NCBI GenBank assembly: GCA_004764695.1
Contig: SMSO01000035.1
Location: 992,001 to 1,056,000 of the forward strand
Direction of reading: 5' to 3'
From: Schizochytrium sp. TIO01
Lineage: Eukaryota > Protista > Bigyra: Labyrinthulomycetes
Length of the DNA stretch: 64,000 nt
Under the pieces are notes generated by a model. That model was given only the letters and a program-made list of their open reading frames with translations. It did no database searches and had not been told where the DNA came from. The translations under genes and the position numbers were made by a program. Of this stretch, positions 22,539 to 33,124 are shown piece after piece (the first letter of the stretch is position 1; each line of letters starts with the position of its first letter).

Positions 22539-24545
22539 CTATTCTACTGCTTCTGTATCTGACGAATCTTTCTTCAAGCATCCTACCAATGAACTCTGAT
22601 GGTGGCTACCTATTCTAGTTAAGAGTGCGGGTGCACTATTTTGTCGTGTCTTGGTATCTTCTTTGCATTGGGTATCAGACTGCTCACATCGAACACTTTC
22701 CCTGAACTTAATATCAAGACTGCTATCTTCACGTTCACCATCATTGTCGTCTAAGACGACACTAGTGTGTGCTGATGAGTTTCTCATAGAAGCCCATTGG
22801 AATGAGAGGCTATTCTCCTTTTCATGCCCTGAGAAGGCCACAAGCTCGTCATATGCAGCTAAAAATGTCTTCGGAATTCTGGCTGTGGACATCTGTGGAC
22901 GTAAAACTACAAGACTTCTTGGAGATATGAGACAAAGAAGACAATTCTTGAAGCTAAATATCACCATATTGAGAAGACCCCCTATGCCTACCTCCATAGG
23001 AGCTATAGGTTTCCCTAACATATAGATTGGATCCTTTCTCACATGCTTTAGATTGCCAAACATGATCATGAAAAGCAAACACAGCATGCATATAAGCATA
23101 AGGAACGAAGATACAGTTCGCGTCCAGCTCATCGACATCCGTGCGGGGAAAGCGTCACCCAGATATAATATCACGGATGAACAAAATATGGTTGACCAGC
23201 TTACTTGCAGAGATGCTTTCTGAAAAACAAATCCTCCCCAGCACAAAAGCCAGACAATGTTTCCTAAAACAAACACTACCTCGAAACGTGCAAACATAGC
23301 CCAAAGCAGGCGCTCATTCATTACCAAAATACAGCCCACTCCGCCCCAAATGTTCATACCCGCCCCCGCCCAGCCGAGGAAATTAGAATTCTCCCAAACA
23401 GTAAGGTGGAGTGTACTCAGTGCAAGACCTGTTGCCAAACTTAGTATTGCTATAACCCGAGTAGAGAATAATGACATATGAGCATATAATAGTTTAAAGT
23501 GGCGTAGTGACATTAATTTTGTCAATACACAATCCCCGTGAAGCAAAAGCCTGGGTGTTGAAATTGGGTACAAAGCTCGCACGGACTCTAAAGAACTACC
23601 GTGGTATTGTTCAAGACTTGAAAGATTCTTCACAATTCGATGAAGCTCCTTCAAGTCGTGCTTTCTCACAAGCACCGATCGAGTTGGACAACGAACGTTG
23701 ATGAGCCGGTGGCTTGCGCTTCGCCATTGAAAAAGCATCAATCGAAACTGATAAACGATGAGGTTACTGCAAAATCCAACAGCTCGGAACCCCAAGTCAA
23801 ACTTTTGCTTTCCAATATAAAAATAGTCATGAGAAGGACTTGCTCGGCCAAGCAAAATTAGAAGAGCAAAGGCTGTTAGTTGTACAACTGCAATCCCAGA
23901 TGCAATCGCGGTTGGCCGCCCACGGAATGCTGGTGCAGTTGCATCCTGATAACAATAAACAAACCCGCTAGCCAGAGTTCCAATGAACCCAATTCTAACT
24001 GCGTTCGATTCATACATTAAAAATACACAGCAGTAGAACCCAATTAAGTTACCCATCATAAAGTTACAGTTGAATTGTCGCAAGCATAAGTACAGCAAAC
24101 TAGGTATAATAAAGAAAAAACCTGAAATTGCAGCAGGAAGCAACAGAAGACCACCATATCCCAAGGGTGAGTTAGGATTAACAAGCGAACACAGGTAGCT
24201 GACACTTCCGCCCAACAACATGAGATTGAACACTATAATACGAGCCATCAGGGTTGTACGCGAAAGACAAAAGAATTGTGCTAACTTCGGCAGGATTGCA
24301 CGTCCTATTGTGTTTTTGCTTTCAAAAACACACGCAGATTGAGCGGGCAAAAATATACGCACACGCTCCTCGGACTCGTGCAGAGCGCGATGAGTTTCAC
24401 TGATTCCTCGTGCCAAGTGGGTGGTTTGCATCGACATAGCCATAGACTCCTGCCGCAACCGCTGCAGACCATCGTTGCCAAATCCATTGGTTAGGTTTGC
24501 AGGGACCACCCGAAATGTAAATTTCTGGCCACGGCCTCCTAGCAT
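22539..24545 (-). CDS. Multi-pass membrane protein of unknown function made of two homologous halves (~6-7 TM each), 668 aa
   Basis: Long ATG-initiated ORF with two hydrophobic helix clusters separated by a soluble linker. Halves share motifs: LLYLCLRQFNCNFMMGNL/LLWAMFARFEVVFVLGNI, YCYQDA/LYLGDA, RLINVR/SLVVLR. Confidence 0.8.
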   Translation of the reverse strand: MLGGRGQKFTFRVVPANLTNGFGNDGLQRLRQESMAMSMQTTHLARGISETHRALHESEERVRIFLPAQSACVFESKNTIGRAILPKLAQFFCLSRTTLMARIIVFNLMLLGGSVSYLCSLVNPNSPLGYGGLLLLPAAISGFFFIIPSLLYLCLRQFNCNFMMGNLIGFYCCVFLMYESNAVRIGFIGTLASGFVYCYQDATAPAFRGRPTAIASGIAVVQLTAFALLILLGRASPSHDYFYIGKQKFDLGFRAVGFCSNLIVYQFRLMLFQWRSASHRLINVRCPTRSVLVRKHDLKELHRIVKNLSSLEQYHGSSLESVRALYPISTPRLLLHGDCVLTKLMSLRHFKLLYAHMSLFSTRVIAILSLATGLALSTLHLTVWENSNFLGWAGAGMNIWGGVGCILVMNERLLWAMFARFEVVFVLGNIVWLLCWGGFVFQKASLQVSWSTIFCSSVILYLGDAFPARMSMSWTRTVSSFLMLICMLCLLFMIMFGNLKHVRKDPIYMLGKPIAPMEVGIGGLLNMVIFSFKNCLLCLISPRSLVVLRPQMSTARIPKTFLAAYDELVAFSGHEKENSLSFQWASMRNSSAHTSVVLDDNDGEREDSSLDIKFRESVRCEQSDTQCKEDTKTRQNSAPALLTRIGSHHQSSLVGCLKKDSSDTEAVE

Positions 24546-27500
24546 GGCGTTCTCGTTTTGTATTTTTGTCGGGCGTGCTCTTCAGCAAGCCGCCCGCAAA
24601 TAATCGCGAGCGGCCTGCAGAAACTAGACCTCACGAATTCACTTCTACTGATGCTGAGCCAAGCACTCGTAATCGCCCCTTCCTTTGTCGTGGTGCACAA
24701 CCTTTCTCAAAATGAGGAATAATGATCAGATGCAATCAACACACTCATAAGTGAAACTTTTTGGCTAAAACATTATGGTTATGGCACATAACTTCATGAG
24801 AACAAAATGCATCCGGGTCCACACTTAAAAGGTGTTCCAAAATGCAGTTAAGAAATTCAGGTCAACAGAGCCTCGCAAAGCCATACGTATGCATAGACAA
24901 GTATGATAGCAAGTGAAGTTGAGTGAGAGGATAACTATTTTTCTCTTGCAATAATCAAGATAGGCTCTTATTGATTCGTGACGTCCGCATCCACTTCACC
25001 CGTAACACTAAGAAAGCGTGCTGGCATGGCTCTAAATGCACCATAGAGCGATACAACGGTACCGAAATATATGTACTCTATCCAGTCTGTATACAAATGG
25101 TGATGACCTGATCCGTCTGTGACTAATCAGAGGTCAAAGTATAACCAGACAGATTTACAAAGATCCGTTGAGGACTGTTCCACTAGGACTCCGCTATAAG
25201 GACGCACTGTGATCAGGTAAACCTGATGGCCGCTGGGTTAGTCTTGAACCATCGAAAAAGACCACTAAAATATTGTGGTCCGAGGAAAGAACACTGTGCT
25301 CTATTCCGCTCCGGAAGCAAGGAAACAGATCAATTTCGCCAGTCTGAACCAAAGCTAGCAGAGTGGCAGAAGGACACCTGGAAGTAGTGAGGATTCTTTT
25401 CAGAATTAAAAAATGTTCGAATTTTTAATTAAATAAGTCGGTAGGTACTTCTATGATAAGTATATTTTATTTTTAATGAAAATAAATGAAAATCATTATA
25501 CTAATAATAAAAGGAAGAGTCCGAACTTCGGTAGGTATTCCATACAATGGTATCTGGGGCAACTTCCTGATAAAATTATTTTCAAGAGCCACTTGGCAAA
25601 AAAAAATAGTTTAACTATTTCGTTTGGTCAGAAGAGGTAAGTTTGGCTCTAGAAGGCGTGCATGAAGAAGTCCAATGCAAACTAAAAATCTGTAGAATGC
25701 AGAAAGGGATGAAAGAAAAGGAGAATAATATGTCTATCAGCGAATCATAGTCATGCACTTGATAATAGAGTTAAGCTAATTTTGTAATGAGGAGTATATG
25801 TTCACTCATGGCACCAACCTCCAGGTAAGAAGAGGACGAAAACCCTCAAACCTTTATTATAATTGAATTAGTTAACGTCAAATCAGTTTATTTATTTGTT
25901 TTAATATAAATATGCTTAGTGCTTACTTCACTGCTGGCGGGAGAAAAGCTCTACTGAGCAATTATTTAAGAATTCATGAGAGGAGTGCCGTTTGAGACCT
26001 TAGAATACGCGTAGCGTCCAGGAATTATTTGACTTGAGACGACTTTGATCAAGTTCCTTCACTCTAGTTAGGATCGATTGCATAAGAAACTGGAGAGCCG
26101 GGCAGTGGGTATTCTGAAAAAATAAGTAGCTTCAATACGATAACTCGCATGCACCCTAAATGGACATTAGTAGCTAGTTTCATGCTCGGCTCGCCGGCGT
26201 GGGTCTGACATTAACTATCAATTTCTGGATTCTTGATGGGACCAAGTCCTCTTTGACATTATCGGGGTATAAAAATGGGCACAAATCCATCTTGCAGGAG
26301 TTTTCTACGGCACTAACCTCAAGTAAAGCTCCAATCAGAATGTTTGGGAGAAGATCCCAAACTCGAGCTTACCTTTGCACAACCATGCAGGAGGTTCAGC
26401 TGATATCAGTCTTAAAAGATTGATGAGATCCTCAATCGAAGGAATTAGTGGACCAGACATTGCTAGAGTTCTGGACATCTGTTTGTAAGATCTTGTGGGT
26501 ATAGGACTTGTTTTAAAGCAGATGCAGACAACCAGTCTTGCACGGTTGAGAAGTCAAGAGTCAAAAGGATGCTTACACATTTAAAAGAATCAAGCATGAT
26601 GTTATCTGAATCGATAGCAAGGGGGGGGGGGTTAACCTAAAGCTGTTAAATCTGTCTGACACAGTTAAAGTCTGAATCAGTCGCCTAATTATTATATGAG
26701 TCAGTCTGCTTTTAAATCCGGTTCTCAGTGAAAGTAGTTCGCCAATTCTTAAACCTTAACCTTCTTAAAGTCTTCATCAAGACTCAAGCATTCGTTGTCA
26801 TAGTCAACGTCTAACCAACTAGAGTTACCCTTCAACCGAGAGTGATGTCCAGAAAGGCTGCATTCTGGGTATGTCCTGTAATAGAAGGATCCAAATCAGC
26901 CAGGTAGCACACTCCTCAGGAGCCTGCTCAAAACGGCGGACGTGCGCACCTTTATGCCAGGAAGACACGAATGCAACAACCTTTATCCTAAACCTCTTGA
27001 AAGCAGACGAGCTCAACATCAGAGGAATTGTAAAATGCTCGACCGAGAATTTTGGGGTTCTCATTCTTGATGCAGTTATTTTCATTGGTTGTAATGGTGA
27101 TTATGACTTAGTACCTAGGACCGAGATTTCTACATCTTAATGGTCTTACAAAGTTTGTGACCCCACTCCAAACCTAGTTTTAAACTATCGAAAAGAAGTT
27201 TGTCTGGAGGTCGCAGCAAACCATAAACAGGTAACCTCTTTCTTGAGAATAAAATGTGTCACCATAACCTAAACTCGCGAAAATGAAATCATGCACAGAA
27301 GAACAGGTCACTATTGACAGAAGCCAATCAGAGATTTTGATAGCACACAGGAAATTACAGATTTCTCATCATCTACTAAATTTATAACTCATGCCTCTGA
27401 AGGATAAACAAAAGTTTCGGAACAACCTAACTATGACAGACACTTGTCTTTACTGACAACATGTTTTTCTAAAAGAAAGCACCTACTATTGAACTAGCTA

Positions 27501-27593
27501 CAAAATTTGTTTATCTTTTATTTGGTCGTTAATGCGAATGATTATCTGCACGAACACTTGATCCGTCTAAATGTGTAACACTAACAATATTGA

Positions 27594-28127
27594 TTACTTC
27601 TCGACAGCAACCTCATACATGAGGTAGTGGCTTTGCTGCATGCCCATGGCAGAGTATGTAGCCTTGGCACGCTCGTTGGTGTGCTCCACATAGAGACGCA
27701 CCTCCGCGGCGTCATCCTCCTTGGCCATGGCATAAATCTTGTTGTACAAACGGCGGAAGAGACCACGACGACGATGCTCGGGGTGAACATAGACGGACTG
27801 AATCCACCAATAATTACCAGCATTCCAGTCAGACCACTCAAAGGTTACCATAGCACAGGCGCATACCATGCCGTCCTTCTCAACCACAATGTACAAACCA
27901 CGGTTGCCAGTGGTGTCACTAAGGATACCATCAAGACCTCTGCGAAGCTTGTCCATATCCAGCTCGCGGTCTTCGGTCTCCTTGGCAGAGTCGCTATTAA
28001 AAGTGGCCAGTGCATCAAGGTCAGCTACGTTTGCCTTGCGGAGGACATATCCATCGTCAGAGACGGCTTCGTCAGCCTTAGTGGCAGCAGCACCAACACC
28101 AGCAGGAGCAGAATCTTGAGAGTTCAT
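27594..28127 (-). CDS. GNAT-family N-acetyltransferase, 177 aa
   Basis: LRKANVADL start, WIQSVYVHPEHRRRGLFRRLY (acetyl-CoA motif A), VRLYVEHTNERAKATYSAMGM (motif B); optimal-codon bias. Confidence 0.93.
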   Translation of the reverse strand: MNSQDSAPAGVGAAATKADEAVSDDGYVLRKANVADLDALATFNSDSAKETEDRELDMDKLRRGLDGILSDTTGNRGLYIVVEKDGMVCACAMVTFEWSDWNAGNYWWIQSVYVHPEHRRRGLFRRLYNKIYAMAKEDDAAEVRLYVEHTNERAKATYSAMGMQQSHYLMYEVAVEK

Positions 28128-29829
28128 GGTGTTTGTTGATCACAAATCTATCCCTTCAGTTGCACTTGTTGGTTCTAGTATTAAGAGCCTCTATAGACGC
28201 TCTTGGTTTCGTTCCTTGGCTTCGAAGACTCTGAGGTTTCGGATTTGCTTCTGTTGCCCAAGCTCAGTCAGGTCCACGCTAGCTTGGAGGCCGCAGATAG
28301 AATCGTGTCATGGTTGTGAGCCTTTTTGGCTTCTTTTTATTACTTTCTCAAGAATCATCGTGCCTAGTACCACAGTAGTACTAGGAGTTAGTTAATAGGA
28401 GACTTAACTAAGTCTAATTCTCTCAAAATACAGCATAAAAACTGAATAAAACTATTCACAATCATATAAACATGTTAAAACGCTGGTTTTGGTTTTAAAA
28501 ACACGTTCACGGCACCACCGCACAAGTTCCACTTAGAATGACCCCAGAACCTGCTTCATGCTTTGAAGCGAGCGCAAGCTCGCTTTGGGTTTTCGCTTTC
28601 TAACTATTTTCTTTGTTGTGTGGAGTGTGATTGCACGTCTAACCTTGAACTGGACTACCCTCAGGTGACGATACCTCCTCCTTTCATAGGTGAAATCCTC
28701 AAGTTAAGTCGTAAGTGAGATGGCCTTATAGCGAGCGCGTGAAAACAGAAATGGGAGAACTCTGCACTTATTAGAACTTGTAAGAAGAACTGAGTATCTC
28801 CATGTTCGTTCTCGAAGTTTACGAGCAGACATGAACCTTCTGCGAACAGCGCGTGAAGTCGTTTGATCGTATGTTGGAGAACGCAATACGGAAGAAAGTC
28901 CCTGATATGCAGAGCCAAATAACTTCGAGAAACTTTGAAGATCTAATATATGAGCAACCCAGCTTGAAGTTTGATTGCGCCACTGACCCTGGACCCAGCT
29001 AGCTTACTGTCAGTCGATGATTTGTGGACCCATAAGACCGGAACTTTGGGTTTCAGGACAATATACTTTGATTTTTCTGGAAGGAGGGCTGATATGCCAC
29101 AGCGCTTGCTCACGATTAGCAGCAGCTTTAGAACGCGACGTGCCACTAAACGATTGAACCATACTCATGCACTAAAATCTCTGCAATGCTGGGGGATATT
29201 CAAGAGTCCTCAAGTGTGCGCACGCTTCAACTTGGTCTTTGGGACTGAATTTTAAGTTTTAAGTCTCGAGGTTTGGACAAAACCAAAGGTTATCACAAAT
29301 ACTTTGATTGTATTTTATCCTACCTTTTCCATGAACATGCTTGTTGTCGGCTCAGCATGCAAGGTTGGAACCATATTGGCTTGGTATACATGATGACAGT
29401 ACGTTGAACAGAACAACTATTGTAGGAGTTATTATGCGAAAGAAATACTTGCAACACCATTGAGCTGGTTACATGCCTTTGAACTACCTCGAGAGTATTC
29501 ACAGTCTGAGGAGCCTAGGCAGGACAAATAAGAATAACAACTGAAAGATGCATGGACCATCTGGATCCTGAATGGGCGCAACCCACAAACCCCGGAATTC
29601 CTTATAGAATACCGGAATTCCGATAATTCCTCTTTTTCCCAGTTAGGCCTCGACTGGCAGAAGGGATACTTGAGGCCCCAGCACGGCACTCTCGGGCAGC
29701 GCAAACCCGGTGGTGCAGCGTGGAGGGACCTCTATCTCAACCTAAACCTACTTGTGGGGTTCCGTGGGCAAGCTATAATTCCTCAGATATAATAATCCCT
29801 CGGGCATCCTCACTGTTTGTCCACTCGCC

Positions 29830-32748
29830 ATGCGACCTCATGGGCGGCAACAGCCGCGCACCTTCAGCAAGTCAGCTGCGCCAGAAGGATATGTAGCTGG
29901 ATTAGGTCGAGGTGCTGTTGCCTTCACCACGCGCAGCGATGCTGTACCTTTAAGCGGAGGCGCTGGGCGAGGCTCTGGTCCTTTGGCGAGGACCGACTTT
30001 GGTGCGGCGCCCAAGGGATACGTCGCAGGTGCAGGTCGCGGCGCTGGTGGCTTTGGTGAAACCAAGGCCACGGCTGAGTCTACCCGTGAAACCCTCAACG
30101 CTGTCGCGGAATCCCACGCCGCCGCCCATGGTAGCGCTGGTGATCGTGAGGCTGATGAGATCTGGGATGCTGTCGAGCGACGCCTCGCAGATAGGCATCC
30201 GAAGAAGCGTCAACGCGTCAAGAACGATCATGAAAACAACTTGGAAAGCAGAGGTTCTAACGGAGGTTCAAACTTGCGCGCAAGCTCATCTTCGGGGATA
30301 TCAGGGATGCGCATTGCAGACCAGTTCGCGGACTTGAAGCAGCAGCTGAAAACTGTTTCATACGCGGAATGGGACGCCATTCCAGAGGCGAGATCGGGTG
30401 TGCGGGAGCACAGAAGGGAGTACGAAAACTATGCCCCAGTGAGCGACGCAATGCTACTATCGGCAGCTGGACTTGGAGGGACTAGGTCCGGGTCAAACGC
30501 GCTAGGCGTGGAACGTGGAAGAGCGATGTTGAACCAGCTAGATGGAGAAGATGACGGAGCGGTATCTTCAGTGGATGCCAAAGACTATCTTGCATCTCTG
30601 GAGGGTATGGGAGGGGCAGGAGTGGCGGCGAGGATTGGCGATATTCGTAAAGCTCGCATACTGTTCAAGTCAGTTACAGCCAATAATCCTACGCATGCAC
30701 CTGGGTGGATCGCAGCGGCAAGACTTGAGGAAGCGGCAGGAAAACTACTCGATGCCCGTAAAATTATTGCTGAAGGATGTCGCGCATGTCCCGATTCAGA
30801 AGACGTTTGGCTTGAAGCTGCTCGTCTGAACACGCCAGCTAATGCAAAGGTCATTATTGAAAATGGAATTCGCCATTTGCCGCGCTCCATCAAACTTTGG
30901 TACCGTGCTGCAGATCTCGAAGGAGATCAAACTGAGCGCAGGAAACGCGTCATGCGAAGAGCGCTCGAAACTATGCCAACTTCTGAGGAACTTTGGAAGG
31001 CTGCAATTGATCTTGAGGAAAATAAAGCTGACGCGCACATGCTCCTTGCTCGTGCCACGGAATGCGTGCCAGAGTCCGTGGACCTTTGGCTCGCACTCGC
31101 ACAACTTGAAGACTACAAACAAGCACGAGTCGTCTTGCAAACAGCTCGCAAACGCCTTCCCAAAGAACCGAAAATCTGGATTGCTGCCTGTGTGCTAGAA
31201 GAGGCCCAAGTCAAATCAGATTCGCCTGAGGAATCTCGCCAAAAACTTCGTTTAGTGCTCGATAAGGTGGTTAACAAAGCAGTTCAATCGCTATCAATCA
31301 TCGGTGAAGAGAAAACTGGTACGCCGGGTCCAGTTACCAGAGAGGACTGGCTTCAGCATGCTCGTACAATGGAAGAAGCTGGATCTGTAGAGACCTGCAG
31401 GGCTATTATTCGTGGCACACTCACTCTAGGTATTGCAGAAGATGAACGCAAACGTACGTGGTTTGCTGATGCACAAGAATTTGAGAACGAGGAGCACCTC
31501 GTTTGTGTGCGCGCTGTCTTTGCCGAGGCCATGAGTATCTTTTCTGGTCATCGGGATGTCTTGTTGAGAGCAGTTGCTTTTGAAAGCCGCAAAGGTGATA
31601 AGACGACGCTCACAACTCTTTTACATGAAGCTGTAGAGCGATGCCCAAAGGCCGAGCTCTTTTGGCTCATGGCCGCCAAGGAAACTTGGAAAACGCTTGA
31701 TAATCCGCGCGAAGCACGTCAAATTTTGGACCGAGCTTTGGATGCAGGGCACAGCTCTGAACGCGTCTGGCTCGCCGCGTTTAAGCTTGAGTGGGAGACA
31801 GGGAACCTTGCTCAGGCCCGCGAAGTTATTCGCTCTGCTCAGGAAAAATGTCCTACCCCCGCAATGTGGATCAAAGCAGCTCTGCTAGCTCGTGTAGAGC
31901 TTGCAAACGCTTTGCCAAATTCTAATGAGGCCAATAACCTCCTAAAGGAGACACAAGACACGCTGAAGAATGGTTGCGAAAAGTATCCTAAAACTCCGAA
32001 GCTCTGGCTAATGGCAGGTCAACTTGAGCTAAACTATGTTGCTGCCAAAGCACCTGTAAACTCCCCTGATCGCTCCGCAGCTGTCGAGAAAGCTCGACGA
32101 CTTTTTCTAGAAGGTCTGCAGTACGAGCCACACAGCGTTCCTCTTTGGGTAGCTGCAGCGCAACTTGAAAAGCAATACTCTTCACCTGTTAAAGCTCGTT
32201 CTGTACTTGAACTGGCTCGCGTGAAAAATCCTGACAGTCCAGAGCTGTGGCTTGAGTCAGTCCGTCTCGAAAAAGAACAACGTCAACACGGCATGGCAGA
32301 GATACTCATCGCAAAGGCCGTACAATCATGTCCCAAAGCTGGTATTCTCTGGGCGCATATTATCCTCACTGCCCCGCGGCCTGAGCAGCGTGCAAAGTCT
32401 GCAGATGCAATGGAGCGCTGTGAAAACGATGCACGTGTCTTTTGTGCTCTTGGAAGACTTTTTGCCGGAAAGAATAAAGTCAAGGTAGCAAGAAAATGGT
32501 TTGAAGCCGCAGTTGATGCAGATGGAGATTATGGTGACGCGTGGGCATATTTTCTGTATTTTGAGCGTACGGTTGCAAACGACGCAGATGCTGCCATGCA
32601 AATCCAGCGCCGCTGCTTACAGGCTGAACCGCGGCATGGCGAACTCTGGCAACAAATTACTAAGCAAGATAAACTACGTCTGGCCAGTAACCAGGAAAAG
32701 CTTGACGCAGTATTGCAACATATAACAAATGCGCCAAACGCAATCTAG
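29830..32748 (+). CDS. PRPF6: Pre-mRNA processing factor 6 (U5 snRNP Prp6, HAT/TPR repeats), 972 aa
   Basis: GYVAGLGRGA-x-x-FTTRSD, QFADLK...EWDAIPE, GDIRKARILFKSV...NPTHAPGWIAAARLEE, many HAT repeats, C-terminal D-x-GDAWA and AEPRHGELW. Confidence 0.97.
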   Translation: MRPHGRQQPRTFSKSAAPEGYVAGLGRGAVAFTTRSDAVPLSGGAGRGSGPLARTDFGAAPKGYVAGAGRGAGGFGETKATAESTRETLNAVAESHAAAHGSAGDREADEIWDAVERRLADRHPKKRQRVKNDHENNLESRGSNGGSNLRASSSSGISGMRIADQFADLKQQLKTVSYAEWDAIPEARSGVREHRREYENYAPVSDAMLLSAAGLGGTRSGSNALGVERGRAMLNQLDGEDDGAVSSVDAKDYLASLEGMGGAGVAARIGDIRKARILFKSVTANNPTHAPGWIAAARLEEAAGKLLDARKIIAEGCRACPDSEDVWLEAARLNTPANAKVIIENGIRHLPRSIKLWYRAADLEGDQTERRKRVMRRALETMPTSEELWKAAIDLEENKADAHMLLARATECVPESVDLWLALAQLEDYKQARVVLQTARKRLPKEPKIWIAACVLEEAQVKSDSPEESRQKLRLVLDKVVNKAVQSLSIIGEEKTGTPGPVTREDWLQHARTMEEAGSVETCRAIIRGTLTLGIAEDERKRTWFADAQEFENEEHLVCVRAVFAEAMSIFSGHRDVLLRAVAFESRKGDKTTLTTLLHEAVERCPKAELFWLMAAKETWKTLDNPREARQILDRALDAGHSSERVWLAAFKLEWETGNLAQAREVIRSAQEKCPTPAMWIKAALLARVELANALPNSNEANNLLKETQDTLKNGCEKYPKTPKLWLMAGQLELNYVAAKAPVNSPDRSAAVEKARRLFLEGLQYEPHSVPLWVAAAQLEKQYSSPVKARSVLELARVKNPDSPELWLESVRLEKEQRQHGMAEILIAKAVQSCPKAGILWAHIILTAPRPEQRAKSADAMERCENDARVFCALGRLFAGKNKVKVARKWFEAAVDADGDYGDAWAYFLYFERTVANDADAAMQIQRRCLQAEPRHGELWQQITKQDKLRLASNQEKLDAVLQHITNAPNAI

Positions 32749-33124
32749 TGAATAGAAAAGTCATTTTCATATATAGTTGTAGCTAGTCTTTCCACACTAA
32801 GTTTCCTTTGTTGTATTTCTTTACCTTGTGCGCTTCCCCTTTTCTTAGCTCTTCAATGTGTATCGAACAAGAACCCGCAGCTCAAACCCTTTTTGGGTAT
32901 CTCTAAGAAGCATCTATATAGGGAGGAGCACAACTTCTACCACAAGTACCTGTTTAGGTAGCATCTAGATACTACTGATATGCATAAGTGGCTTTTACGA
33001 AAGTGCTATCTATCTAGCTAGGTGGGAGAGGTCTCTTGAATGAGATAGAAAAGCAAACAACACAAACCTTGTTTCTGACAACGTTTTAGATTGCTGCAAC
33101 GACTCTTGGCATAAAGGCAAGATC

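Noticed and set aside
26200-26900. G12 run (26620-26631) resembling an LTR polypurine tract with possible decayed coding sequence upstream
   Set aside because: No paired LTR, PBS or RT/RNaseH/integrase motif found in any frame.
28790-29010. Protein-like interrupted frame (…RVKSFDRMLENAIRKKVPDM…)
   Set aside because: Contains stops and no family motif can be assigned; a translated search would be needed.
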